64,000 nucleotides of DNA from Elusimicrobiota bacterium (lineage in GTDB: Bacteria; Elusimicrobiota; Elusimicrobia; UBA1565). Each line of letters starts with the position of its first letter. Position 1 is the stretch's first letter. The position numbers were made by a program, and so were the translations under genes. The notes under the pieces were generated by a model that searched no databases, had not been told where the DNA came from, and saw only the letters and a program-made list of their open reading frames with translations. This document shows, piece after piece, positions 52,785-60,517 of this stretch. Location of the stretch: positions 41,519 through 105,518 of the forward strand of contig JBAZVI010000010.1 in the NCBI GenBank assembly GCA_041660925.1, in the 5' to 3' direction.

Positions 52785-53705
52785 ATGAAACACTTCAAGC
52801 TCCTCCTCCTGGTCGCCTTCCTGGCCGAGCCGGCCTCGGCCGCGCTGAATTCCGGCGCCGCGTTCCTCAAGATCGGCACCGGGGCCCGCCCTGAGGCCAT
52901 GGGCGGGGCCTACACGGCCTTGGCCGACGACGTCAACGCGCTCTACTACAACCCGGGCGGGCTCTCGGGGCTGGGGAAGCGCGAGGTCGGATTCACTCAT
53001 ACGCAGTGGCTCATGGACACGACCTTCGACTTCTTCGGCTTCGCCCAGCCGCTCAAGTTCGGGACGCTGGGTGTGAGCGCCGCGCGCCTGGGCAGCGGGA
53101 ACTTCGAGGGCCGCGACGAGAACCGCAGGCTCACCAGCGGATTCACGGCCTCGGATACCGCGCTCACCCTCGGCTTCGGCCGGATGTTCAAGGGCTTCAC
53201 CAGCCACGGGGACACCGGCTTCGGCATGAACGTGAAGTACCTCGAGAGCGCCATCGGCTCGGACAAGGCCTCGACCTTCGCGGCCGACTTCGGGGCGGTG
53301 CATCGCTTCGACGCCACGCCGCTCTCGCTGGGCGTCTCGGTCTTGAACGTGGGCCAGGGGATGAAGTTCCTTGACCAGCGCGATCCGCTGCCGCTCTCCG
53401 TCTCGGTGGGGGCGGCTTATCGGCTCGTCGGGGCTCTCAGCATCGCCATAGACGTGCGCCAGGAGCCCAACGACGGGGGGACGAGCGTCGGGGTGGGCAC
53501 CGAGTACTCGCTCATCCAGGGTTTCGCCCTGCGCGCCGGCTACGCCAGCCAGGCCGCGCGGACCGCCACCGGCGGCGGCTCGCCGCTGGGCGGAATCGGG
53601 GGCGGCTTCGGCCTCAAGATCCGCAACTACCGCGCCGACTACACCTTCACGCCCTTCGGAGAGCTCGGCAACGTGCAGCGCATCTCCGTCGGCGCCAGGT
53701 TCTGA
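52785..53705 (+). CDS. PorV/PorQ-family outer-membrane beta-barrel protein
   Basis: Signal MKHFKLLLLVAFLAEPASA. GTGARPEAMGGAYTALADDVNALYYNPGGL is the family N-terminal signature. The rest has an alternating beta-strand pattern and ends in F. Confidence 0.6.
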   Translation: MKHFKLLLLVAFLAEPASAALNSGAAFLKIGTGARPEAMGGAYTALADDVNALYYNPGGLSGLGKREVGFTHTQWLMDTTFDFFGFAQPLKFGTLGVSAARLGSGNFEGRDENRRLTSGFTASDTALTLGFGRMFKGFTSHGDTGFGMNVKYLESAIGSDKASTFAADFGAVHRFDATPLSLGVSVLNVGQGMKFLDQRDPLPLSVSVGAAYRLVGALSIAIDVRQEPNDGGTSVGVGTEYSLIQGFALRAGYASQAARTATGGGSPLGGIGGGFGLKIRNYRADYTFTPFGELGNVQRISVGARF

Positions 53706-53765
53706 TATAACGGTGGGGAAACCTTTTTCGGGTGGCAGTCGTAATCTATCAGAGGAGTTATCATA

Positions 53766-54392
53766 ATGGCAGAAGAAGATCAGCAGACTTCAGGTTGTCT
53801 TGAGCATCAAGGGGACCACCATATTGCAAAAATCGCTGTCGATTCATCGACCGGAAAGGTTGCAGCGGGCGGCATCTACAACTTCTCCGAGAATGCGGGG
53901 GCGATGCTTCAGGTCAGAGGTGGCAAGGTCGAGGGGACTATCGCCCACTCAGGGGACAACCATCGGCTTCAGTTGAACGTCGCCTCGAATGGCAAGTTTG
54001 AGGGGACGTATGTGGATGCTCGCGGGATTGAGGTCGAGTTCAAAGGGGGCGTCGCAACCCTGACTAAGGGCCAGATCCCTGCCGGCGGCATCAAAATCAA
54101 AGGTGACCACCATTCGGTGACGTTGGAAAATGATGCCAACGGGAAACTCCGGGGAACAATCACGTCAGATTGTCCGAACAGCACCTTTCAGCTTGATCTT
54201 GTAGACAACAAGATTGGCGGGAAAATCGTTTACAAGGGAGATGGGCACGAGACAGCTTTTTCTCTAGGAACTGGCGGATCGTGGGGGGCATCGGTTTCCG
54301 TCGGCAAAGGTGATGCGAAGTTTACCTTCAGTTTTGAGAAGGGCCGTGGCGGAGAGGTGAAGGGTGCTGCTGGATTGAAGCTGAAGTTCTGA
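53766..54392 (+). CDS. hypothetical all-beta repeat protein (four GDxH-initiated repeats), no signal peptide
   Basis: GAGGAG Shine-Dalgarno site. Repeats are HQGDHHIAKIAV..GKV, HSGDNHRLQLNV..GKFEGT, KGDHHSVTLEN..GKLRGT and KGDGHETAFSL. Lies in the low-GC region. Confidence 0.55.
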   Translation: MAEEDQQTSGCLEHQGDHHIAKIAVDSSTGKVAAGGIYNFSENAGAMLQVRGGKVEGTIAHSGDNHRLQLNVASNGKFEGTYVDARGIEVEFKGGVATLTKGQIPAGGIKIKGDHHSVTLENDANGKLRGTITSDCPNSTFQLDLVDNKIGGKIVYKGDGHETAFSLGTGGSWGASVSVGKGDAKFTFSFEKGRGGEVKGAAGLKLKF

Positions 54393-54460
54393 GCGGTACT
54401 CCAACAGTGGGTCCCGAGTATTGCGCGCTTTGGGATCAAGTGTTACACTATTTGCAAGGC

Positions 54461-55171
54461 ATGAGCAGCGCCGACGAAGTCTACCCCAAATCACCTCTCA
54501 TAGAAGTAGTTTTCGAGATTCGCTTCCCGGGGAATCTCGTTGTTGAGTGCCATCGAGACGAGTTGTCTGAATTCCTCCGGCCGTCGATGCCTGTTCTGCG
54601 AGTCCCCGAGATTGCAGCGGGTGAGAGCTTTAAATTCAGGACGTACCACTTTGTCTCTGAGGACAATGCCTTCACTGTTATGGCTGGGATGAATTTGCTC
54701 GCATTTTCCAGCAAGAAATATGAGGGTTTTGGTGGATTCCAGGAGAGGTTGTCCCCAATTTTCGATTTTTTCTGCAAACGCTTTAGCGTAACGAAGTTGC
54801 GAAGGGTGGGGTTGCGATATATTAACGCAATCCCGTTCGCACGAGAGGGCGGATCGATCCCAGTGGGGCGTTTCTTGAAGTCTCAATTCCTCCTTGCTCC
54901 AGGGCTGGGTGAGAAATTCGATCTCTGTTCGGTCGGGTTCGTGCAGAATCTCGGGACTGGGCACATAACGACACGCATTGAGGGCATACGCGAGCAGAAT
55001 TCTTCTGAAGAGGCCTTGCTGCTCGACTTTGATTATTTCAAAACTGAGAATCTGCATGCTGGGGAATGGAATGCGTATCTTGAAGAGAGTCATGGTCAGA
55101 CGAAGAACTTCTTCGAGAAAATTATCACTGACCAATATCGGGATTTCTTGAGAGGGAAGCCACTTCTATGA
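54461..55171 (+). CDS. TIGR04255-like family protein (uncharacterised)
   Basis: The N-terminus YPKSPLIEVVFEIRFPG matches the characteristic start of TIGR04255 proteins, from memory. The track ORF starts at GTG 54407, but ATG 54461 is preferred. Confidence 0.6.
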   Translation: MSSADEVYPKSPLIEVVFEIRFPGNLVVECHRDELSEFLRPSMPVLRVPEIAAGESFKFRTYHFVSEDNAFTVMAGMNLLAFSSKKYEGFGGFQERLSPIFDFFCKRFSVTKLRRVGLRYINAIPFAREGGSIPVGRFLKSQFLLAPGLGEKFDLCSVGFVQNLGTGHITTRIEGIREQNSSEEALLLDFDYFKTENLHAGEWNAYLEESHGQTKNFFEKIITDQYRDFLRGKPLL

Positions 55172-55572
55172 GCCCGGTCGCTGAGCTGGCTGAATTGAGT
55201 CCCTGTATCCCGGAACGCTATCAACGGGCAGAGCAGCCATCCTCATCAATGAGCGTTGGCAATGATGTTCCGAACCCATATCTTCTTGCCTCAGAGATGA
55301 TTGTCCCGCTGTGGGAATTAAGCATTGGGGACAATCTCGTCCGGCCCGCTGTTCCGATCGGCGTGAGAATCCGACGAGAGGGGAAGTATTTCTTTGCCGA
55401 AAACGAGGCGCTTTCGATATATGCACATGGGGATTCCCCCGAGGGCGCGGTTGAGGATTTTAAATCCATGGCGGCATTCTTCGCAGAGGAATATCGTTCT
55501 CTTGCGGAAGATTCTGTTGTCGGGTTGGGAGCACGTCTTAGGGAGACCTTCCAGAGGGTTTTCCCAGCCTAA
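55168..55572 (+). CDS. hypothetical protein with HicB-like antitoxin core
   Basis: ATGA overlap with the upstream gene. REGKYFFAENEALSIYAHGDSPEGAVEDFKSMAAFFAEEY resembles the HicB N-terminal fold motif (x-GxG-[DS]-x-EEA...). The assignment is weak. Confidence 0.4.
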   Translation: MSPVAELAELSPCIPERYQRAEQPSSSMSVGNDVPNPYLLASEMIVPLWELSIGDNLVRPAVPIGVRIRREGKYFFAENEALSIYAHGDSPEGAVEDFKSMAAFFAEEYRSLAEDSVVGLGARLRETFQRVFPA

Positions 55573-55580
55573 ACCCTCTG

Positions 55581-55868
55581 ATGCCCCTTCGGAAAAGTAT
55601 CGTAGAACGCGGGCTCAAGAATAAAGGTTTCCAAATCACAGATAAGAAGCACCGGATATTCAGATACTTTCTGAATGGGCAGTATACGGGATGCTGGACA
55701 ATGGTATCCCACGGCTCGGACTTCGATATTGACGACAGTCTGCTATCGGAGATGAAGAAGCAGTTGAAACTGCTCTCCCGCGATCAGGTGAAAGCTCTCT
55801 GCGAGTGCACATTGTCTCTGGAATCCTATAACGCAATTTTGCGACAAAGCGGACATCTCCCCCGCTAG
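55581..55868 (+). CDS. hypothetical protein, HicA/YcfA-like toxin candidate
   Basis: LKNKGFQITDKKHRIFRYF...TMVSHGSDFDIDDSLLSEMKKQLKL follows the HicA pattern (GF...H..F...t.v.H....l....l..i.kq..l). The assignment is weak. Confidence 0.35.
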   Translation: MPLRKSIVERGLKNKGFQITDKKHRIFRYFLNGQYTGCWTMVSHGSDFDIDDSLLSEMKKQLKLLSRDQVKALCECTLSLESYNAILRQSGHLPR

Positions 55869-56001
55869 ACACTTCGTTTGGTGTCCATCTGGTGTCCAAA
55901 CTCCATCCCAAAGCGTTAAAAGCCGTGAGCGGCGGGGAGGGGGAAAGGCCGGTTCTCCGACGGGGAACCGAAACGGTCAAGAAGGGTTAAGCTCTTCCGG
56001 A

Positions 56002-56049
56002 TACCTTGCCAAGGTAGAGACGGCGGTTCGATTCCGCTCGCCCGCTCCA
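56002..56049 (+). repeat. 48-nt exact copy of tRNA-Gly 3' part (attR-like)
   Basis: TACCTTGCCAAGGTAGAGACGGCGGTTCGATTCCGCTCGCCCGCTCCA equals 39057-39104. It starts inside the anticodon stem. Confidence 0.85.
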
Positions 56050-56099
56050 CTCTGAAAGTCGAAGGGGCTCCCGAAAGGGGGCCCCTTCGACTTTCAGAG
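56050..56099 (+). terminator. 19-bp stem hairpin after the attR-like repeat
   Basis: CTCTGAAAGTCGAAGGGGC ... GCCCCTTCGACTTTCAGAG. Confidence 0.5.
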
Positions 56100-56164
56100 G
56101 GTGGTGTGCCGGAATCGAACCGCCGCTCCTTTTAAACAACTCCGTTTGATATCCTGAGTAGGAC

Positions 56165-56908
56165 ATGACGACCCTCAAGAACCTCCTCGTCCTCCTCGGA
56201 GCCCTCTTCATCCCCCTGGTCGTCATGGTGGTCGGGTTCAACGGGTTCCACGCCGGTCCCGCTCCCGCCTACGCGGGATACGGCCTCCTGCTCGCGCTGG
56301 CGGCGGTCTTCGGCTTCAAGCGCAACTTCACGGCGATGGGCCTCTACCTGGGGAGCGTGTTCGTCCTCATGATCGTCTACCCCAAGCTGGCGGGGCTCGA
56401 GTCCTACGGGCGGGAAGGGCGGATGCTGGGGCAGCTCTCCGAGCTGCGCATGCATCTGGAGGAACTCAAGGCCGCGCAGGGAGCCTACCCGGCGACGGCG
56501 GAGGCTCTGGCCGCGAAGCCGCTCGACCTCCTCGACGGGCATTCCGTGACGAGCGCCGTCGAGAGCGTGCGCCTGCCGCCCGAAGCGTACCTCGCGCCTC
56601 CCTCCGCGCCGGAGACGGAGCTCCTCGCAGTGGTCGTCCGGGCGCAGGGGAGCGAGCGTGAATACCGCCGGTTCTGGAGCCGTGAGGAGCGGACGCCCAT
56701 CCTGCTCTATCCCGGCGGCACCTACGCGTACGAGGTCCGCCGGGGGCAGGGGGTCGCGTTCATCGCGAGCGGGACGGTGACGGTGCCGCTGCCGCCCGAC
56801 TTCAAGGTCGACGGCGGCGCCTACGTCTACGACTCCGCGACCGGACAGGTCTTCATCAACTGCACCCACGACCGCCGCCAGCAGGTCGAGCCCTGGTGGA
56901 CGTTCTGA
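56165..56908 (+). CDS. membrane protein with pseudopilin-like periplasmic segment
   Basis: Three N-terminal hydrophobic helices. LSELRMHLEELKAAQGAYPAT and YVYDSATGQVFINC resemble type II/IV pilin-fold signatures. Function unknown. Confidence 0.5.
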   Translation: MTTLKNLLVLLGALFIPLVVMVVGFNGFHAGPAPAYAGYGLLLALAAVFGFKRNFTAMGLYLGSVFVLMIVYPKLAGLESYGREGRMLGQLSELRMHLEELKAAQGAYPATAEALAAKPLDLLDGHSVTSAVESVRLPPEAYLAPPSAPETELLAVVVRAQGSEREYRRFWSREERTPILLYPGGTYAYEVRRGQGVAFIASGTVTVPLPPDFKVDGGAYVYDSATGQVFINCTHDRRQQVEPWWTF

Positions 56909-56910
56909 GC

Positions 56911-58320
56911 ATGCCTTCATCGCGCCGCTTGTCCCGCGCGCTCCTCGTCGTCTTCATCCTGGGCGCCGTCCCTTCGGAGCTCCGCGCCGAGCCGTTCGCC
57001 CGGGAGGACTGGGTCCTCTCGGTCGAGCCCACGCATCTCGACTATTTCGGCATCAACCACTGGGGCGTGACCAACTTCGACCTGGCGTTCCGCGGGGTCC
57101 AGCGCGGCAAACGCCAGCTCGAGAGCTCGTACGTCGACAACTGGCGCTTCGGCACCGAGACGGGCGGCCTGCGCGGGATCGGCATGCGCACGGCGAGCTC
57201 CATGCTCGATTTCGCCCTGTTCGTCGGGCCGCAGAACTTCGACCACGTCCTGGCCCACGACTCCCGGGCCCGGGAGCTCTCGCGCGACTATCCCGGCAGT
57301 CACCGGTTCGTCAGCAAGCGCTTCAGCCAGGTCCTGCCGGTCTATTTCGGCGGCAAGGAGCTGGACTCGCAGACCGAGAACAACACCAACGGTCGGGGCG
57401 GCGCGGACCTGGGGATGCTGACGAACAGCACGATCTGGGAGATGCACAACCAGTTCGCCTACTTCGCCGGCAAGAAGATCCTGGTCGAGGGGGAGGCGAA
57501 CTCCGCGCAGCTGACGGGCGTCATCTTCCACCGCCTGCTCATGCTGCAGACGGACTGGAGGGAGCCCGGTCAGGCCTGCGTGGCCTCCCACATGGGCGCG
57601 GGCGGGACGACGCCGGCGCAGTGCCTGGGGGACACCGGCAGCGCCGGGGACTACAGCAACTACCTCCTGGACCTCAACTCCGGCCGCTACGGGGTCGCGA
57701 ACGTCGAGGATTACCGACTCAAGATCGCCGACCTGAAGCGGGCCAACCGACTGCAGTTCCTCGACCCGGTCTTCCTCGTCGCGGCCTACCGCTACGGGGC
57801 GGACTACATCGGGCACGCGCAGAACCGCTCGCGCATCCCGATGATCCCGATCCCCGGTACGGAGCTGGGCTATCTGCCGGGCCTGCGGATCGACCTCTCG
57901 CCTTTCGGCATCGAGTACATCCAGGACAATTACTTCCGCTATAAGAAGACGCTTGTGAACCTGTTCTGGACCCGGGGCGACAACCGCTACGAACGGCGCC
58001 TGGGCGCCGGCGTCGACGTGGACGGCATCCCTCTCGGCGGGGGCGTCACCGGCGGGGTGTTCGGCCAGCTCTACAAGCAGCCGATGGTGAACCGGATCTC
58101 CGACACCTCGTCGCTGTCGGCCGCCGAGGTGGGGATCCTGCACAACGTCTACAATTATGGGGCCAGTCTGAGGGTGCCGGTGCGGAGCTTCGGCGACAAG
58201 GGCGACCCGAAGGAGTTCATCCTCACGCTCAAGGCCGGGCGCAAGAACACGGGCTGGGTCCCCGGCGAGTACATCCGGGGCTCCACGTACGTGGAGACGG
58301 GCATCGGTTTCCATCTCTAG
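56911..58320 (+). CDS. secreted or outer-membrane hypothetical protein
   Basis: The ATG lies 3 nt after the upstream stop. Signal MPSSRRLSRALLVVFILGAVPSELRA. No family recognised. Confidence 0.55.
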   Translation: MPSSRRLSRALLVVFILGAVPSELRAEPFAREDWVLSVEPTHLDYFGINHWGVTNFDLAFRGVQRGKRQLESSYVDNWRFGTETGGLRGIGMRTASSMLDFALFVGPQNFDHVLAHDSRARELSRDYPGSHRFVSKRFSQVLPVYFGGKELDSQTENNTNGRGGADLGMLTNSTIWEMHNQFAYFAGKKILVEGEANSAQLTGVIFHRLLMLQTDWREPGQACVASHMGAGGTTPAQCLGDTGSAGDYSNYLLDLNSGRYGVANVEDYRLKIADLKRANRLQFLDPVFLVAAYRYGADYIGHAQNRSRIPMIPIPGTELGYLPGLRIDLSPFGIEYIQDNYFRYKKTLVNLFWTRGDNRYERRLGAGVDVDGIPLGGGVTGGVFGQLYKQPMVNRISDTSSLSAAEVGILHNVYNYGASLRVPVRSFGDKGDPKEFILTLKAGRKNTGWVPGEYIRGSTYVETGIGFHL

Positions 58321-58480
58321 AGCCCATCCGAAAACCTATTTCTACTGCAATCGCGGCTTTCGGGCTGCGACATTGTTGCTCGGGGCTTGCGTAGCCCTGC
58401 TACGCCGCGCCCCTGCGCGCCGCGTCTCGCTCCGAAACCCGCGATTTCGTCACAAAAGAGGCTTCCGGATGGGCTCTAGA
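58316..58480. repeat. 165-bp imperfect long palindrome E3
   Basis: 15-bp perfect termini TCTAGAGCCCATCCG / CGGATGGGCTCTAGA. The arms stay partly complementary down to the central hairpin GCGTAGC-CCT-GCTACGC. The left terminus contains the stop codon of 56911..58320. Confidence 0.8.
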
Positions 58481-58539
58481 AGATTTGCTATCGTCGGGGT
58501 ACATCCGGCTCCGACGGAACCCCGGATGAGGAGCCTCGC

Positions 58540-60435
58540 ATGAACCGATCCCGCTGGACCTCCCTCCTCCTCGCTATGGCCATCCTAACCTCCCTGAGTT
58601 CGACGTCCGGCGCCGATGAGCGCGCCGGCGTCCCCGAGAAGTACAAGTGGAACACCGCCGACCTCTACGCGAACGAGGCGGCGTGGACCGCGCAGAAGGA
58701 CGACATCGCCGCCCGCATCCCCAAGCTCGCCGAGTTCCAGGGGAAGCTGGGCGTCTCGGCCGAGGGCTTCTTCACGGCCCTCTCGACCCTGATGGACCTC
58801 GACCGCGACCTCGCGCGGCTGCAGACCTACGCCTCGATGCGCAGCGACGAGGACACCCGGGAGAACCGGCCCCGCGAGATGAAGCAGGTCTCCGAGGACC
58901 TCGTCGTGAAGTTCGTGTCCGCGGCGGCGTACCTGCGTCCCGAAGTCCTCGCCCTGGGCGAGGCCAAGGTCCGCGGCTTCGTCGCGGCCGAGCCGCGCCT
59001 GAAGCCCTACGTCCCGTGGCTCGACGACATCCTGCGCGCCGCGCCCCACACGATGAGCGCCCCCGAGGAGAAGGTCGCGGCCGAGGCCGCGGCCATGGCG
59101 CAGGGCGCCTCCAACGTCTACAACACCTTCACCAACGCGGACATGCCGTACCCCGAGGTGACGCTCTCCTCGGGCAAGAAGGTCCGCCTCGACGCCTCGG
59201 CCTACACCGAGTACCGAGCCGCGACCGACCGCGGCGACCGCACCAAGGTCTTCCAGGCGTTCTGGGCGCGCCACAAGGACTTCGAGCGCACTCTGGGGAC
59301 GACGCTGGACGCCCACGTGAAGACGCACGTCTTCGACAAGATCGTCCACACGTTCTCGAGCTGCCTCGAGGCGGCGCTCTTCGGCTCCAACGTCCAGCCG
59401 AGCGTCTACACGCAGCTCATCGCGGACGTCCACAAGAACCTACCCACGCTGCACCGCTACCTCCAGCTGCGAAAGCGCATGATGGGGGTCGACGTGCTGC
59501 GCTACGAGGACCTCTACGCGCCGATCCTCAAGGAGATCGACCTCAAGTACAGCCCTGAGGAGGCCAAGGACCTCGTCCTGAAGGCCGTGGCGCCTCTGGG
59601 ACCGCAGTACGCCGCGGACCTCCAGACGAGCTACGAGAACCGCTGGGTGGACTTCATGCCGACGACGGGCAAGAAGGCCGGCGCCTACTCGACCGGCGCC
59701 TACGGCGTGCACCCCTACCAGCTCCAGAACTTCACCGGGAGCTACGAGGAGGTCTCGACGCTGGCCCACGAATCCGGGCATTCGATGCACACCTTCCTCT
59801 CGGACAAGCACCAGCCCTATCCGACCCACGACTACCGCATCTTCGTGGCGGAGGTGGCCTCGACCTTGAACGAGAACCTGCTCCTCCACCACATGCTCAC
59901 GAAGACCAAGGACAAGGACACCCGCCTCTTCCTGCTCGGGAGCTACCTCGACGGGCTGCGCACGACGCTCTTCCGGCAGACGCTCTTCGCCGAGTTCGAG
60001 CTGCGCATCCACGAGCTCTCGGAGAAGGGCGAGCCGCTGACCGGCGAGAAGCTCACGGAGCTCTACCGCGGCCTGCTCAAGGAGTACTACGGCGACGCCG
60101 CGGGAGTCTGCAAGATCGACGACCTCTACGGCATCGAGTGGGCCTACATCCCGCACTTCTACTACGACTTCTACGTCTACCAGTACGCGACGAGCATCAC
60201 GGCCTCGGCGCAGATCGCGGCGAACATGCGGGCCGACGCCGCGGCGAAGAAGCCGACGACGAAGAGCCGCGACGCCTACCTCAAGATGCTCTCCTCGGGC
60301 TCGTCGAAGTACCCCATCGAGCTCCTCAAGGACGCCGGGGTGGACATGAACACCTCGGGCCCGTTCAACGCGGCCATCCAGGAGATGAACGCGACGATGG
60401 ACGAGATGGAGAAGCTGCTGGCCCAGAAGAAATAG
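58540..60435 (+). CDS. pepF: oligoendopeptidase F (M3B family), secreted or lipoprotein form
   Basis: Signal peptide, YKWNTADLY N-terminal motif, zinc site HESGHSMH and WAYIPHFY. Confidence 0.85.
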   Translation: MNRSRWTSLLLAMAILTSLSSTSGADERAGVPEKYKWNTADLYANEAAWTAQKDDIAARIPKLAEFQGKLGVSAEGFFTALSTLMDLDRDLARLQTYASMRSDEDTRENRPREMKQVSEDLVVKFVSAAAYLRPEVLALGEAKVRGFVAAEPRLKPYVPWLDDILRAAPHTMSAPEEKVAAEAAAMAQGASNVYNTFTNADMPYPEVTLSSGKKVRLDASAYTEYRAATDRGDRTKVFQAFWARHKDFERTLGTTLDAHVKTHVFDKIVHTFSSCLEAALFGSNVQPSVYTQLIADVHKNLPTLHRYLQLRKRMMGVDVLRYEDLYAPILKEIDLKYSPEEAKDLVLKAVAPLGPQYAADLQTSYENRWVDFMPTTGKKAGAYSTGAYGVHPYQLQNFTGSYEEVSTLAHESGHSMHTFLSDKHQPYPTHDYRIFVAEVASTLNENLLLHHMLTKTKDKDTRLFLLGSYLDGLRTTLFRQTLFAEFELRIHELSEKGEPLTGEKLTELYRGLLKEYYGDAAGVCKIDDLYGIEWAYIPHFYYDFYVYQYATSITASAQIAANMRADAAAKKPTTKSRDAYLKMLSSGSSKYPIELLKDAGVDMNTSGPFNAAIQEMNATMDEMEKLLAQKK

Positions 60436-60517
60436 GCCGAAGCTTCGGGTCCCGCGAGAAACGGCCCCTCATGGGGCCGTTTCTGTTTGTTACATTTACT
60501 GCTAAGCTCTCCAGAGG

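Larger units (their letters stand above)
39105..56049. mobile_element. putative integrase-less genomic island integrated at tRNA-Gly
   Basis: Bounded by tRNA-Gly and a 48-bp exact direct repeat of its 3' part (39057-39104 = 56002-56049). Its flanks have visibly lower GC. It contains an ORF6N remnant and a TA-like pair. No recombinase gene is seen. Confidence 0.45.
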
